A DNA stretch of 64,000 nt, from the IMG/VR virus record IMGVR_UViG_3300029286_000009, positions 124,001 through 188,000 of that record. One strand, given 5' to 3'. Of the stretch, positions 8,753-18,704 are shown piece after piece. The position numbers and the translations under genes were made by a program. Under the pieces are notes generated by a model. The model was not told the origin of the DNA, searched no databases, and worked only from the letters and a program-made list of their open reading frames with translations. The first letter of the stretch is position 1. Each line of letters begins with the position of its first letter.

Positions 8753-8998
8753 TCATAATTCTTCTTCATAGAGGTTACGGAGGTCTTCAATGCCACCTAA
8801 AACATAGTGGTAGGATTCACACAAGTGTTCTATATCGACGAAAAGGTCGACCAATCGACCAACCATGTCTGTGTAGTCGTCGACTGTCTCTGGCTTGGGT
8901 GTGCTCTGATCAAGTTGTAAGTTCAATTTGTCCAGGACAGATACGTCTAAGTTAAGTAGTTCCGTTTCTATTCGATCTATTATTTCTGACAACTTCAT
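8753..8998 (-). CDS. hypothetical helical protein
   Basis: SD GGAG. Confidence 0.55.
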   Translation of the reverse strand: MKLSEIIDRIETELLNLDVSVLDKLNLQLDQSTPKPETVDDYTDMVGRLVDLFVDIEHLCESYHYVLGGIEDLRNLYEEEL

Positions 8999-9009
8999 CT
9001 TTTCTCCGA

Positions 9010-9285
9010 TTATTCTATAATGGTATGCCGGTCCTCTATATCCATTTTAAGGAACGGTCCCGAACGGTCTTCCCAGGGACGTCTACGTGGCCAGCGACGA
9101 TACCAGCACCGTTCGCGTTCGATCTGCCCACTCCCACAGCATTCAGGGCATATCACTTTGATACCATCGCAGCGAGTCTGTATTCCGGTTCCATCGCAAC
9201 AAGGACAAGGTTCGGTAAAGGCATATCTGTAAGATTCGTAAGTTGTGTAGTCGGTATCTACTGGGCCATGTCCGATTCTAATCAT
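9010..9285 (-). CDS. DnaJ-type Zn-finger protein
   Basis: CPCCDGTG...CPECCGSG (CxxCxGxG repeats). Confidence 0.65.
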   Translation of the reverse strand: MIRIGHGPVDTDYTTYESYRYAFTEPCPCCDGTGIQTRCDGIKVICPECCGSGQIERERCWYRRWPRRRPWEDRSGPFLKMDIEDRHTIIE

Positions 9286-9412
9286 GGTTTATTCTCCTTT
9301 CTACATTCTTGACCTAATTCTTTGAGTCCTGCAATAAACTCAATTCCTGCGAGAATTATACCCGCAAGCACCCCGAGTATAACAATCGCGCATAGGATAT
9401 TTTCTGTCATCT

Positions 9413-9637
9413 CTATTTCCTCCACTTGCTGCGTAACCAATCTGCGCTGCGGTTTATAGACTCGGGGAGCTGCAAGCGAACGACGTCTATGGCATTCATA
9501 AGATCGTGATAGGCTTCTTCTAGCAATGGCACATCACTTATCCTGTATGATCCTACCCACTCTACTTTGTGCTTCGCCCACATAGCACCAAGAGCAAACG
9601 CCCCTACTGCTAAAACAACGTTTCCTATGGTTCCCAT
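9413..9637 (-). CDS. Small membrane protein
   Basis: SD GGAGGAG; N-terminal hydrophobic helix. Confidence 0.55.
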   Translation of the reverse strand: MGTIGNVVLAVGAFALGAMWAKHKVEWVGSYRISDVPLLEEAYHDLMNAIDVVRLQLPESINRSADWLRSKWRK

Positions 9638-9781
9638 GTCACTCCTCCTTGCTTAGTGCGTCTTCTGTTAAAAGCTGTTCCTCAGTAAAACAATCAATAC
9701 AGATTAATTCACCGCAATAATCAAACAATGTATCGCGTGCCCCGCACTTTGTGCATATTTTGTCTTCCACTGTCAGCCTCC

Positions 9782-10018
9782 CTAGTCAAGAAAGTGGCGG
9801 GGTAAACCTGTACAACTACATCCGCTTTCGTGGATGTGCTGGTCAAAGTCATCCCTGAAGTATCTAAGATCATCATTTAGTGTTTCTATCTTTTGTCGCT
9901 GTTCTTCTACTTCTTCAAACAGCTTCTCTACAACCTTAGAAAGAGACGTTACGGTTGCCAACAGTGCATCTGGCTCCTTCGCGTCAACAGCTTTGTAGTA
10001 TGTACCTTCGTCGTGCAT
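9782..10018 (-). CDS. Coiled-coil hypothetical protein
   Basis: SD GAGG, heptad pattern. Confidence 0.55.
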   Translation of the reverse strand: MHDEGTYYKAVDAKEPDALLATVTSLSKVVEKLFEEVEEQRQKIETLNDDLRYFRDDFDQHIHESGCSCTGLPRHFLD

Positions 10019-10059
10019 TTCTTACCTCAATGCAGTATTGTTGATTCTTGATTGACAAT

Positions 10060-10371
10060 CTATCGTTGATGGACGTCTATCACACAGCGTAGTCGTTCTA
10101 TCTCCGTATTCTTGCGTTTTAACTCTACTTGTAACCGATGTATCGTTTCCTTAGCACCGTATAGGTCCTCTGTTATCTCTTCTGCTACTTTAAGTAAAGT
10201 TATCTCCCACGTGCGGCTCACTCCGGGGCACTCTTCTATTTCATCTTCGTAGAATTGAATTGCTTCTTGAAACTGCTGCAGCAACTCCCCGTAGTCTGCC
10301 CCCGAGTCCGCCTCTCGGTCTACTTGCACCTGTTGTTCTTTCCTCAAACTCCGCCCCCCATTCTCCTCCAT
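10060..10371 (-). CDS. Coiled-coil hypothetical protein
   Basis: 103 aa. Confidence 0.5.
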   Translation of the reverse strand: MEENGGRSLRKEQQVQVDREADSGADYGELLQQFQEAIQFYEDEIEECPGVSRTWEITLLKVAEEITEDLYGAKETIHRLQVELKRKNTEIERLRCVIDVHQR

Positions 10372-10805
10372 TCGTGGAATGTATACTTGCGGGCAGCTCG
10401 CAAAATATTGTGCTTGACAGCGTCCATTGTTTTACGCCACCACTTGGCTTCGGGTAGTCCGGTCATCTCATACAGCTCGTTCCACATTGCCTCGTAGCAG
10501 ACTTCCTCTGCTACCCCTTTCTCATTTTCCAGAGCATCTATAGCTATACCTAAGCTGAACCAAGCCGCGGGGCTATCCTTCTGCTCCTTTTGCAATGCCT
10601 TGAGCACATTTATTACTGTTACGTCATATTTGCAGTTGACCATTGTGTCTCCTATAAAGATGTTGTAGACGTTGGGAGGCTCATTCGGCAATGGGAGGCT
10701 CATTCGGCAAACCGTAATCTGGTATTGTGCCTCCCCCAGGTTTCTAACTATGCATAATCTTGATGATTGATTCATAGGCATGCCCCTCATTGCGCTTGAA
10801 CTCAT
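10344..10805 (-). CDS. hypothetical protein
   Basis: 153 aa, start uncertain. Confidence 0.5.
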   Translation of the reverse strand: MSSSAMRGMPMNQSSRLCIVRNLGEAQYQITVCRMSLPLPNEPPNVYNIFIGDTMVNCKYDVTVINVLKALQKEQKDSPAAWFSLGIAIDALENEKGVAEEVCYEAMWNELYEMTGLPEAKWWRKTMDAVKHNILRAARKYTFHEWRRMGGGV

Positions 10806-11418
10806 CTGTTAGAAAGATGTAACCTCTTCCAAGTAGTTCGTTGAGAAATGCATTGCGACCCCGCCGATAATCCTCGTCAGACACAGTGGGGTATTCTGCT
10901 CGGATTCGTCGCTCAGATTCCATTACGATATGTTCTGTGTCAAGAAACCCTGCTAAATCTAGGTCGCATATAAGTTTTTCTTCCGAGCTAGAACTGTTAT
11001 ACTCCAGATTCTTATACGCCCGGCTGAGCCCATGCATAGTTGCCCATATACAATGGGATACTTTATTGTAGTCTAGTTTTGTGTAGGCATCAGTTAGACA
11101 AGCTCCTAGCTGTTGGCTACGTAGCTCGTTATCTGTCCGCGACGGATCGCAATAGATATCATGAAACCATATAGCCCACTCTATCTCATTCCAGTACCTT
11201 GTGAAATCTGGGTTACGCACGCGAAAGCGATAGAAGGTGTTGAGCATGTTGGGTATATGCCAACCTAACCCGTGATATTCTCGCTTGGGAATATGATAAA
11301 GATGCCATAACAGCTCCCACATGCCTTCTAGGAAGTGTCTGTCAAGGTCCATGGAGAACGCGTAATCTACCCACATTGTTCTTGCTTTATTATAGACCAT
11401 CCTCTTCCTCTCTTTCAA
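10744..11418 (-). CDS. HD-superfamily metal-dependent phosphohydrolase (COG4339-like)
   Basis: YH..W.HI, AIWFHDIY.DP..DNE..S, DLDLAG, IRAEY..R..FL. Confidence 0.8.
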   Translation of the reverse strand: MKERKRMVYNKARTMWVDYAFSMDLDRHFLEGMWELLWHLYHIPKREYHGLGWHIPNMLNTFYRFRVRNPDFTRYWNEIEWAIWFHDIYCDPSRTDNELRSQQLGACLTDAYTKLDYNKVSHCIWATMHGLSRAYKNLEYNSSSSEEKLICDLDLAGFLDTEHIVMESERRIRAEYPTVSDEDYRRGRNAFLNELLGRGYIFLTDEFKRNEGHAYESIIKIMHS

Positions 11419-11641
11419 TCTGTAGATTTAGTAGAGACAGAGTGAGTAGCACTTGGTTTATGTGAGTCACACCAGGTACCTCTATGAACCTCTGTCTTGG
11501 ATAATAAGCACCTCTTACTTTTACCCCCGCCCGAAATTCAGGAGAAGCTATATAAGCTTTCTACCACCTGAAGTTCGTCGGGGGTTAGGTTACAATTTTC
11601 TACGACTACATTACAACATATGTAGTTTATCACTGTAACCT

Positions 11642-12223
11642 CTACAATATGCCGAGTGGTTTAGTGGTCTCAGCCACGGTGACCCTAACCAATCGATATT
11701 TGTATGTAAGACCATTGTTGTAACCTGCTTTTCTTACCAAATTTAGTGCAGAGATGCCCTCGTCCAATGATGAAAATCCAAATTTGATGTGATCATCATG
11801 AGAGGACCGCTCAATTACTACGTCGTAGGCACACGCGGGCACAGTGTCATAATTAATTACTTGCCATTCCCCGTCAGGTGATAGCTGGGCCTGGATAGTA
11901 TAGTAGGTAATGAATCTGGCTGGTGAGGTAGTTGTAATTGCTCCGTCACACTTGTCTTTACTTTGCCCAGAGAAGCGGGGGTCATACGTATGCCAACCCC
12001 ACTCTTCTTCGTTCCTCTCGTTCACCCCTATACACCATTCATAGAAGGTCTTATTTTCGAATGAACGGAGGACAATGTCACTATTCATGTAACCAACTAG
12101 AACCTCTTGTTGTGTGTAGTTTGCGAACGCTGCTAGAGCTCTTTCGTTAAGGGCACCAGTAAAATTATAGCAACGATAATGAGGGACCAAATACTGGCTC
12201 TGGTGTCGTGTGATTAGAAACAT
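11642..12223 (-). CDS. hypothetical protein
   Basis: 193 aa, SD GGAG. Confidence 0.6.
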   Translation of the reverse strand: MFLITRHQSQYLVPHYRCYNFTGALNERALAAFANYTQQEVLVGYMNSDIVLRSFENKTFYEWCIGVNERNEEEWGWHTYDPRFSGQSKDKCDGAITTTSPARFITYYTIQAQLSPDGEWQVINYDTVPACAYDVVIERSSHDDHIKFGFSSLDEGISALNLVRKAGYNNGLTYKYRLVRVTVAETTKPLGIL

Positions 12224-12460
12224 TTATTTTTCTCCTATTTGCTTTTTTCTGACTGAAATGTGAATGTAAGGAAGACCTAACTCTAGCGTTACTGTGATTT
12301 CCCCACCGTCTCCAAACCAACTGATATTACCCCCGAATCCGATATTGTGTCCCAGACCATATTTGGAGTAAAGCCTCCGATATCCCAAGAGAAAGATAAT
12401 ATCGGTTCTGAAGATGCTACACCAAATTTTCAAACTACCAAAAGCTATGTTTACTTTCAT
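12224..12460 (-). CDS. hypothetical protein
   Basis: coupled ORF. Confidence 0.45.
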   Translation of the reverse strand: MKVNIAFGSLKIWCSIFRTDIIFLLGYRRLYSKYGLGHNIGFGGNISWFGDGGEITVTLELGLPYIHISVRKKQIGEK

Positions 12461-12924
12461 TCCCCCCGTTCCTGTGCGTGCTGTTTACCCTGCAAGGACT
12501 TCCAGCCTCGTTGCGTGTATGCTTTGAGTGTGTCCCTCTTTCCTAGCACCACCATCTTAACCGAGCCTAAGAGATACTTTCGGTCTGTCCAAAACTCATA
12601 TAAGCGGTGTCCTTCCGTCCACGGAGAACACCCCCGCAGTTCGTCTGCGTAGGTGGTAGCCTCCTTAATTGCTTCGTCCAAGATTTTGATGACTTCTTCC
12701 GGAACCCACATTGCATTCTCTTGTCCAATTTCCATAGTGAGCGTGCTTGGGTTAAATTCGAACAGTTGAAGTTGTATGGAGCTTCTTCGCTTGCATAGGG
12801 CATCAATTGATATCCGAAAAATCTCTATGAGGTCACCTTTATCGTAGTCTTTGAGTGGCATCTCTGCTGGTAGGTCGAACTTGATGCACGCTTTAGTAGC
12901 TGGTGGTGTCGTAGACTCTTTCAT
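12457..12924 (-). CDS. hypothetical protein
   Basis: 155 aa, coupled. Confidence 0.55.
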   Translation of the reverse strand: MKESTTPPATKACIKFDLPAEMPLKDYDKGDLIEIFRISIDALCKRRSSIQLQLFEFNPSTLTMEIGQENAMWVPEEVIKILDEAIKEATTYADELRGCSPWTEGHRLYEFWTDRKYLLGSVKMVVLGKRDTLKAYTQRGWKSLQGKQHAQERGE

Positions 12925-13118
12925 GATACCAACTCCTCCGCATTATGGGTGGGGCCTTCTTGGTAGAATACACACAAATGAGTAGTTTCTTCTCTATTCT
13001 TCACTTTTACACGTATTAAAACTCTTGCACGAGAACCATCTGTAAACGAAAGTAGTAATCGATCCTCTTTAAGAGTAGCTACAGCGATCTCTTTTTCAAC
13101 TAGTTTTGGAATTTCCAT
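12921..13118 (-). CDS. hypothetical protein
   Basis: SD AAGGA. Confidence 0.5.
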   Translation of the reverse strand: MEIPKLVEKEIAVATLKEDRLLLSFTDGSRARVLIRVKVKNREETTHLCVFYQEGPTHNAEELVS

Positions 13119-13159
13119 TATCTTTCCTTTCTACTTGCACTCATTTTCCTACGTTTCCA

Positions 13160-13375
13160 TCAGACAATATCAATACACGCTGTAGGGATTTCCCACTTGC
13201 AAGTTTTGAGTTGGTCACCCTTGCACGAATGTCTCTTTTTGCAGACTTGGCATTTAACCGGAAGTCTTCTACATTTATTGCAGTAAGCATCGCGGGGGTA
13301 GTTATTTGGAACACTGACTTCCCAGCATATACCACAGAGTGCTGTATCATCCTTGGCATAATGGTCTGTAAACAT
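13160..13375 (-). CDS. Cys-rich Zn-finger hypothetical protein
   Basis: Multiple CxxC pairs. Confidence 0.45.
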   Translation of the reverse strand: MFTDHYAKDDTALCGICWEVSVPNNYPRDAYCNKCRRLPVKCQVCKKRHSCKGDQLKTCKWEIPTACIDIV

Positions 13376-13398
13376 TTTTATCCTTGGTTATTATCCTC

Positions 13399-13659
13399 TT
13401 ACTTTCTTGTGCAGCTTTCGCTTTGATCCGTGTAAAACTTGTGTTCACATATAATATCCTCTATAACTTGGCAGCATATAACTCTGAGTGGTTTCTTATA
13501 ATTGTGTTCGATCCTCAGTTTGTAGAAGCTCATTGCCTCGTGAAGATGTGTGAACCCATTACGTTCACCGAGCTCAGCCCCACACCACCCATATCGCGTG
13601 TCCCATGTGAACCACTCTGCTCCCTCCGCTCCAGCTTCTTGGACAAAATATTGCTTCAT
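13399..13659 (-). CDS. hypothetical protein
   Basis: 86 aa. Confidence 0.5.
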   Translation of the reverse strand: MKQYFVQEAGAEGAEWFTWDTRYGWCGAELGERNGFTHLHEAMSFYKLRIEHNYKKPLRVICCQVIEDIICEHKFYTDQSESCTRK

Positions 13660-13859
13660 AACTCTCCCCAGAGCGTATTCTTTGGTGTAAGTGCTTTATC
13701 GAGTAACCTTTTAATATCTTCTTCCGCATCACTTTTTATGGTGATAAGAATTCCTTTTTCTTCGCCCTCACACCATGTACACTCCTTAGGGAAGGCATCG
13801 CTTGCGTAAACTTGTACTCGGCACTTACTGCATTGTAACAACCGTATTATACCCATCAA
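13656..13859 (-). CDS. Zn-ribbon hypothetical protein
   Basis: CSKC/CTWC; SD GGAG. Confidence 0.55.
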   Translation of the reverse strand: MMGIIRLLQCSKCRVQVYASDAFPKECTWCEGEEKGILITIKSDAEEDIKRLLDKALTPKNTLWGEL

Positions 13860-13874
13860 TGTCTCCTTTCTATC

Positions 13875-16082
13875 TTAATTTGCCTTCTCCTTGGTGCCGC
13901 TGAGGTATCTGTCAATTTCCTCCACCAACACACGATTGATAAGTTTACGGTTAGGCGATTTGGGCAATGAAGATTTATCCATTACTTCATTCAGTGCTTT
14001 GTCTTCCTTTTCCGCCCACTCGATTAGTTCCTCATACTTCCAAGCACCATTACGAATAGCGAGTAATTCTTCTGCGTCAGGGCGTCGTACGATTACGCCT
14101 TTACCTTCTAGTATTTCTCGTGCCATACGCATGAGACGAACAAGGTGAAGGGCGTGTTTAGAGTTCCCATGAATCGCAATTTTACCTTTTCTTCTGGTGA
14201 TAAGAACTTCGTTTGGAACCGTAAAACACACAACATGTCCATTTTTAACCCTGACAGGATGAATGTGTTGAGACTTACTCAAGTATGCACAGGTTCTAGT
14301 TTTTCCGATATATACCTGATACATTGCACAGTTGCCAAATTCTCTTGGTTTACGATCATAATAGTAAGGGCCCCATACTTGTGATACAATTCCGGCTTGT
14401 AAACACATTATCTGGACATCATCAGCTAGCCTCTTCAGGCTTGTATAGTATATACTACTAAATTTTCGGTATGTGCCGTCTCCGCCAATTAATCCTTCTA
14501 GCATCAATCTAGCTTGTCTTTCGTTAAGTTTGTCTTTAAAATGTGGGAGATGTTTGTTTTTTGCTTTGCCACACAAACCATATATCTCATCAGCAAGTTG
14601 GGCAGAGAATGAGTAAACACATTCTTTTGTAATTCTGCCTGACTTTAGTGTACGCTCATAATAGTATCGCTTCGCACCGTAACATTCTCTCAGATTTTCT
14701 AACCAAGGAATAAGGGGACTAGCAGGGTGTTGCGATATATTTAAAGACTTTGCTTTGTTTTTATAGAAAATTATAGACCCTTCGGCAATATATACACCAA
14801 TCAGCCTAAGTTTTTCGTTAGGTATCGGGTAATCTTCTCTGGGATTACAAGTTAATCTTGCATGAAAAGATCCGTAACGAGATTTTTCTATCTTGTCTAC
14901 CGATATTAGTGCCCAATCTGCCTGCTCTGGGTTGTATTTGATAGTAAAGTTATTGGATTTTTGTCGGTGGGTTCTGGTTACAAGTAATCTATGGTTGCTT
15001 GTCACAACACAGTTAGATTGTTGCATCCTTATCTCATATAGGAACCCAGAAGCTCTGTATGAATCTCGACCCAAGAAATGTTGATACTCTAAATTTCCTT
15101 CAGTGTTGATCGTTCCTAATTTATCGTTCTCAGATATTTCTCTGTATAACTTCCAACCTGTATCAGTCAAAAACTCGGTATCACTTAGATAACAGTCAAA
15201 TCCGTGCTTTTGTTCAAGTTCTGATCTTTTCGGATTACGTTCCTGCTTCCACTTTTCGTAATGATTCCAATCTTCCAGGTGGTTCTTGTAAGCAGAATAT
15301 CTTTGAAGATAGTTTACGAAGTCAGAATCGAATCCCAGCGTTCTGTTCGCCGCCCGTTCTAACACATCCTTGAGATGGTCTACATTAGCCTCTATGTAGA
15401 GTTGTTCAGTCACTACATTAACCATACGAACCATTTCTGGTCCTAGCTGTATCTTGGTGTCTTCCGTCAAGTGGGTCTGATCAACTAACCATTCACCTAC
15501 TTGAAGTTCTATCATTTTCAGAGCACCGTGTAGTTGGTCCTTCGGGAATTTCATTCCTTCTATCCCGTAGTCTGCACGCGTAGGATAGGTGGGCGGGTTG
15601 CTAGTCCAGCGATGATGGTTGCGCATCCTTTTGAGCTGTTGCATAGCGTACCCACTAAAGCGGTGTTTAAGTAGCTTACTGAGGAATGCATCCTTGATTT
15701 TGGAGAACCTTTCCATAAGTGGGTGTGCATAGATGATTGAATCTTCAGGAACGAACAACAGTTCCAGCATATTCGGGTTTCCATCTGCTGCTAATCCGAT
15801 CATTTTTTTAAGTGACCAGATTACAATATCACTATCGGGAACCAAGTCTCTCCTTGTTCCTTTAGCAACCAGAGGAATTACTTCTTTGCTATCAGTTTGC
15901 TCGAAGTTACCAAACCCGTAGAAATATTCTTTAGGAGGAATAGTCGCCCCCCGGTAATCCATATCTGATTCGGGTGTATTTGTCCCGTAAAGTTGAGATC
16001 CTGCGGGGGTAAGATAGACAATGTTTGAACCTATCCAGTTTTTTATGTTTATCAAGCTTCCTTCCCTTCTATAATTCTCCAT
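13875..16082 (-). CDS. Predicted nucleotidyltransferase (Pol-beta superfamily, Nuc-transf/COG3541-like), intein-interrupted
   Basis: GSQLYGTNTPESDMDYRG motif; NPNMLELLF; after intein removal KHGFD|SKHALHLVRLMRMAREIL. Confidence 0.85.
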   Translation of the reverse strand: MENYRREGSLINIKNWIGSNIVYLTPAGSQLYGTNTPESDMDYRGATIPPKEYFYGFGNFEQTDSKEVIPLVAKGTRRDLVPDSDIVIWSLKKMIGLAADGNPNMLELLFVPEDSIIYAHPLMERFSKIKDAFLSKLLKHRFSGYAMQQLKRMRNHHRWTSNPPTYPTRADYGIEGMKFPKDQLHGALKMIELQVGEWLVDQTHLTEDTKIQLGPEMVRMVNVVTEQLYIEANVDHLKDVLERAANRTLGFDSDFVNYLQRYSAYKNHLEDWNHYEKWKQERNPKRSELEQKHGFDCYLSDTEFLTDTGWKLYREISENDKLGTINTEGNLEYQHFLGRDSYRASGFLYEIRMQQSNCVVTSNHRLLVTRTHRQKSNNFTIKYNPEQADWALISVDKIEKSRYGSFHARLTCNPREDYPIPNEKLRLIGVYIAEGSIIFYKNKAKSLNISQHPASPLIPWLENLRECYGAKRYYYERTLKSGRITKECVYSFSAQLADEIYGLCGKAKNKHLPHFKDKLNERQARLMLEGLIGGDGTYRKFSSIYYTSLKRLADDVQIMCLQAGIVSQVWGPYYYDRKPREFGNCAMYQVYIGKTRTCAYLSKSQHIHPVRVKNGHVVCFTVPNEVLITRRKGKIAIHGNSKHALHLVRLMRMAREILEGKGVIVRRPDAEELLAIRNGAWKYEELIEWAEKEDKALNEVMDKSSLPKSPNRKLINRVLVEEIDRYLSGTKEKAN
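14163..15194 (-). mobile_element. Intein (344 aa) with LAGLIDADG homing endonuclease
   Basis: Starts CYLSDTEFLT..GW, ends VCFTVPNEVLITRRKGKIAIHGN with +1 Ser; motifs LIGVYIAEGS and LEGLIGGDG. Confidence 0.9.
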
Positions 16083-16624
16083 TTACTTTTGAACGCCCAG
16101 TCTAGACTTAGTGGTGAGGTTCTCAGTCCTGTTAAACAGAATTCATAGCCGTTTTCGGCCTCAATAGCGTTAACTTCACCAGACTCCATACCTTTCAAGG
16201 CTTCTAGAAAAGAAAGGGGGTAATCTTTTACGACTTGCCACTTCATCTGTGTGAGTAAGCCATTCACCGAGCATCCGGAATCTAGCCATTTGTCCATAAA
16301 CACCTGCAATTTACCTTTACAGTATCTGTAGTTCCAGCAATTTCCTACGGGGCGCATGATGATAGTCTCATCCTCCGACATTTTATTCAGGGCGTCCAAA
16401 AAACTCACCCCACTGTCTGCGAGCTGAGAACAATTACCCGTAACTTCCCACTCTTCTTCTGGGAAGGAATTAACTGTAAGCATAGAGATTACCCACCTGC
16501 CACAATTACAGAGTTCCAGCTTTCCCTGGTTGAATCGATAGTTATTGTTGTTAGCATGCCCTACGGGCCTCATAACGAGACCTTCACACTCTGCCATCTT
16601 CTTCAAAGCGTCTATGAAGTTCAT
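16052..16624 (-). CDS. Protein with three tandem Tad2/DUF2829-like repeats
   Basis: MNFIDALKKM..EEWEV / SFLDALNKM..MKWQV / SFLEALKGM..SKWRI; start moved to ATG 16624. Confidence 0.5.
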   Translation of the reverse strand: MNFIDALKKMAECEGLVMRPVGHANNNNYRFNQGKLELCNCGRWVISMLTVNSFPEEEWEVTGNCSQLADSGVSFLDALNKMSEDETIIMRPVGNCWNYRYCKGKLQVFMDKWLDSGCSVNGLLTQMKWQVVKDYPLSFLEALKGMESGEVNAIEAENGYEFCLTGLRTSPLSLDWAFKSKWRIIEGKEA

Positions 16625-16643
16625 TTTGCCTTTGCTCCTGTCT

Positions 16644-16874
16644 CTATAACTTACACAGTTCCTCAAGTTCGATCAGCCTTAATTTTCGCAAAGTGTGAGC
16701 GACCCAACTTAAGTCGGCGAGCCTCTGCATTTTTATGATCCTTTGTTTAGGGTAGTAAGATGCAATAACTTCTATGCCATCTGGAGATGGGTCTTGTTTT
16801 TTGATTAAATCCTCTAATTCTTTGGCTGTCACATCACAGTTATCTACTACCAGTGCACAACATACGATATTCAT
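16644..16874 (-). CDS. hypothetical protein
   Basis: SD GGAGG. Confidence 0.55.
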   Translation of the reverse strand: MNIVCCALVVDNCDVTAKELEDLIKKQDPSPDGIEVIASYYPKQRIIKMQRLADLSWVAHTLRKLRLIELEELCKL

Positions 16875-16935
16875 ATTGCTCCTCCCTCCTAGTTCTCCTC
16901 TACTTTCGCAAAACGTCGGTATCAGACAGTTGCTG

Positions 16936-17145
16936 TTATTGTGCTATCTCCTCAGTAAAATACTGATCGCAATGCGGGCATCTACTACTCTCGTAATCTC
17001 CCCCGTCGTATACTACCCTGGAGTCTGGGTGCACTTTGCGATAATGTTTGTTGTTGGGGGCGACCTTAGAATTATTCCACGGATCTTCTGCAGTGCATAT
17101 AAACTCGTAAAAATCAGACAATGTTGGATGTTTTACGAATGGCAT
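16936..17145 (-). CDS. hypothetical protein with Zn ribbon
   Basis: CPHCDQ; SD GGAG. Confidence 0.55.
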   Translation of the reverse strand: MPFVKHPTLSDFYEFICTAEDPWNNSKVAPNNKHYRKVHPDSRVVYDGGDYESSRCPHCDQYFTEEIAQ

Positions 17146-17154
17146 TAGAATCTC

Positions 17155-17388
17155 CTAATTTTCCCCCTTACTTTCACAAGGACGCCATTCCTTGTTACCG
17201 TGAGTATTGCACCAACTTTGAACCCCGTCTCCCAAGGTGCACTGTACCGTGTAATATTTGTGGTCGCAGAAGATACAATTCAACCCATTATCCCATCGTT
17301 GTTGTGTCAGAGTAATTGGTGGGTCGTATTTATCGTTCTCGTAAACTATTTCCATTATTTCTCCACTAGACCTTTCTGCTCTTCCCAC
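17155..17388 (-). CDS. Cys-rich hypothetical protein
   Basis: CIFC; start uncertain. Confidence 0.45.
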   Translation of the reverse strand: MGRAERSSGEIMEIVYENDKYDPPITLTQQRWDNGLNCIFCDHKYYTVQCTLGDGVQSWCNTHGNKEWRPCESKGEN

Positions 17389-17660
17389 TTGCCAGTAAGC
17401 TTATTGAGCCCCCATGTGTGGTCAGCCCAATTACGGGAATATACCCCCTCTATTTTGAATCCTTCAAATATCGTATGCATCTCCATAAGAGCATTAAGGT
17501 CGGTCAGACAGTCTACATGGATAGCGTGCCATGTGGAGCTGATGTCTCCCCATTCATAAACTTCTTCTTCAAGTATAAGGTACATTACTTTTGCTCCAGT
17601 GCCTGTAGTCCAATGTAATAACCTCCGTCCACTCTTATACAGCGGACCCCGTAGTCCCAT
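17355..17660 (-). CDS. hypothetical protein
   Basis: 101 aa, start uncertain. Confidence 0.45.
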   Translation of the reverse strand: MGLRGPLYKSGRRLLHWTTGTGAKVMYLILEEEVYEWGDISSTWHAIHVDCLTDLNALMEMHTIFEGFKIEGVYSRNWADHTWGLNKLTGKWEEQKGLVEK

Positions 17661-18082
17661 TCACCGTTCCACTCCTTAATGTTGTATGGATGGTATTCTG
17701 AGAAAGCAATATCTGCATCACTGACGAACAAAGGTGCCTTCATGTTGTCTTCCCAGAAGCGTAAAAGAAGCAGTATCACAAGTTCAGAAATTGGACTCGC
17801 GATGAATGGTCCCTCAGGTATACTCTCGTTCTCATCCCGCGCACGCCCCTCCCCTCTTCCCTGTTCCGGGGTGCTCCAGCCCCTTACCCAATCGTTGGTG
17901 GCGACAAGCGTGCCGTCAGGAGCATAAAAGTAGCTTACTGACACATCTTCAACTAGCCCTTCATCACTGAGAAACATAGTAAATCCTTCGTAAGGAGGTT
18001 TCACGTTTTCCACTTTGGTCTCAACTCTGAGAGGTTGAGCCGTCAGCCTTTTCTTCTGATTTTCTAATGTTAAAGACATCAA
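17585..18082 (-). CDS. hypothetical protein
   Basis: 165 aa. Confidence 0.55.
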   Translation of the reverse strand: MMSLTLENQKKRLTAQPLRVETKVENVKPPYEGFTMFLSDEGLVEDVSVSYFYAPDGTLVATNDWVRGWSTPEQGRGEGRARDENESIPEGPFIASPISELVILLLLRFWEDNMKAPLFVSDADIAFSEYHPYNIKEWNGEWDYGVRCIRVDGGYYIGLQALEQK

Positions 18083-18190
18083 ACTTATCCTTTCTGTAAA
18101 AGACTAGGCTGTAGCAGTTCATTACTACATTTAATCCCTCTAGCATGGTTCAGGGTGTCCTGCCATACAGCGTTTGGAACCTAGTTATCC

Positions 18191-18454
18191 CTACATAATG
18201 AAGAAGTTGAGTTCACTATAGTTGTAAAGCTCAGCAAGATGTGCATTTATAGCTTCCCACTGACTTACATCTTCTTCATTGTCCGAATCCCAGGGATTTG
18301 GTCCCAAACTTCTCACCCACAACTTATACTTTTCCCTTATTGTTCTCCAAGACGAAGGTGTTCCTTTTTCCGTATCGGCAAAGTAACACAAATCCGTTAC
18401 CCAAGTGGGGGTTTGGTAAAGGTCCATCTCCTCACACTGCAGATTTATACTCAT
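18191..18454 (-). CDS. hypothetical protein
   Basis: SD GGAG. Confidence 0.55.
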   Translation of the reverse strand: MSINLQCEEMDLYQTPTWVTDLCYFADTEKGTPSSWRTIREKYKLWVRSLGPNPWDSDNEEDVSQWEAINAHLAELYNYSELNFFIM

Positions 18455-18704
18455 ACGGTTACTCCTTCGTGGCGATATGTTTATAGGAGAATTTCCTTAG
18501 TCTATTTCGATGTTAAGTATGTCCAAGACATCCCGTAGCTCATTCATAGCCTGGTCAGCATAATCAGTGCATGGGGGTTCCACACTACGTCTAATAACCT
18601 GAAGCAGAACTAGCACAGTGCCCAACTTCATTCCGATCACTGCACTCTCGGGGTCTATAACTGTCTGTTCAGACATAATCGCCCTCTGTTTCTTTCGTTG
18701 TAAA

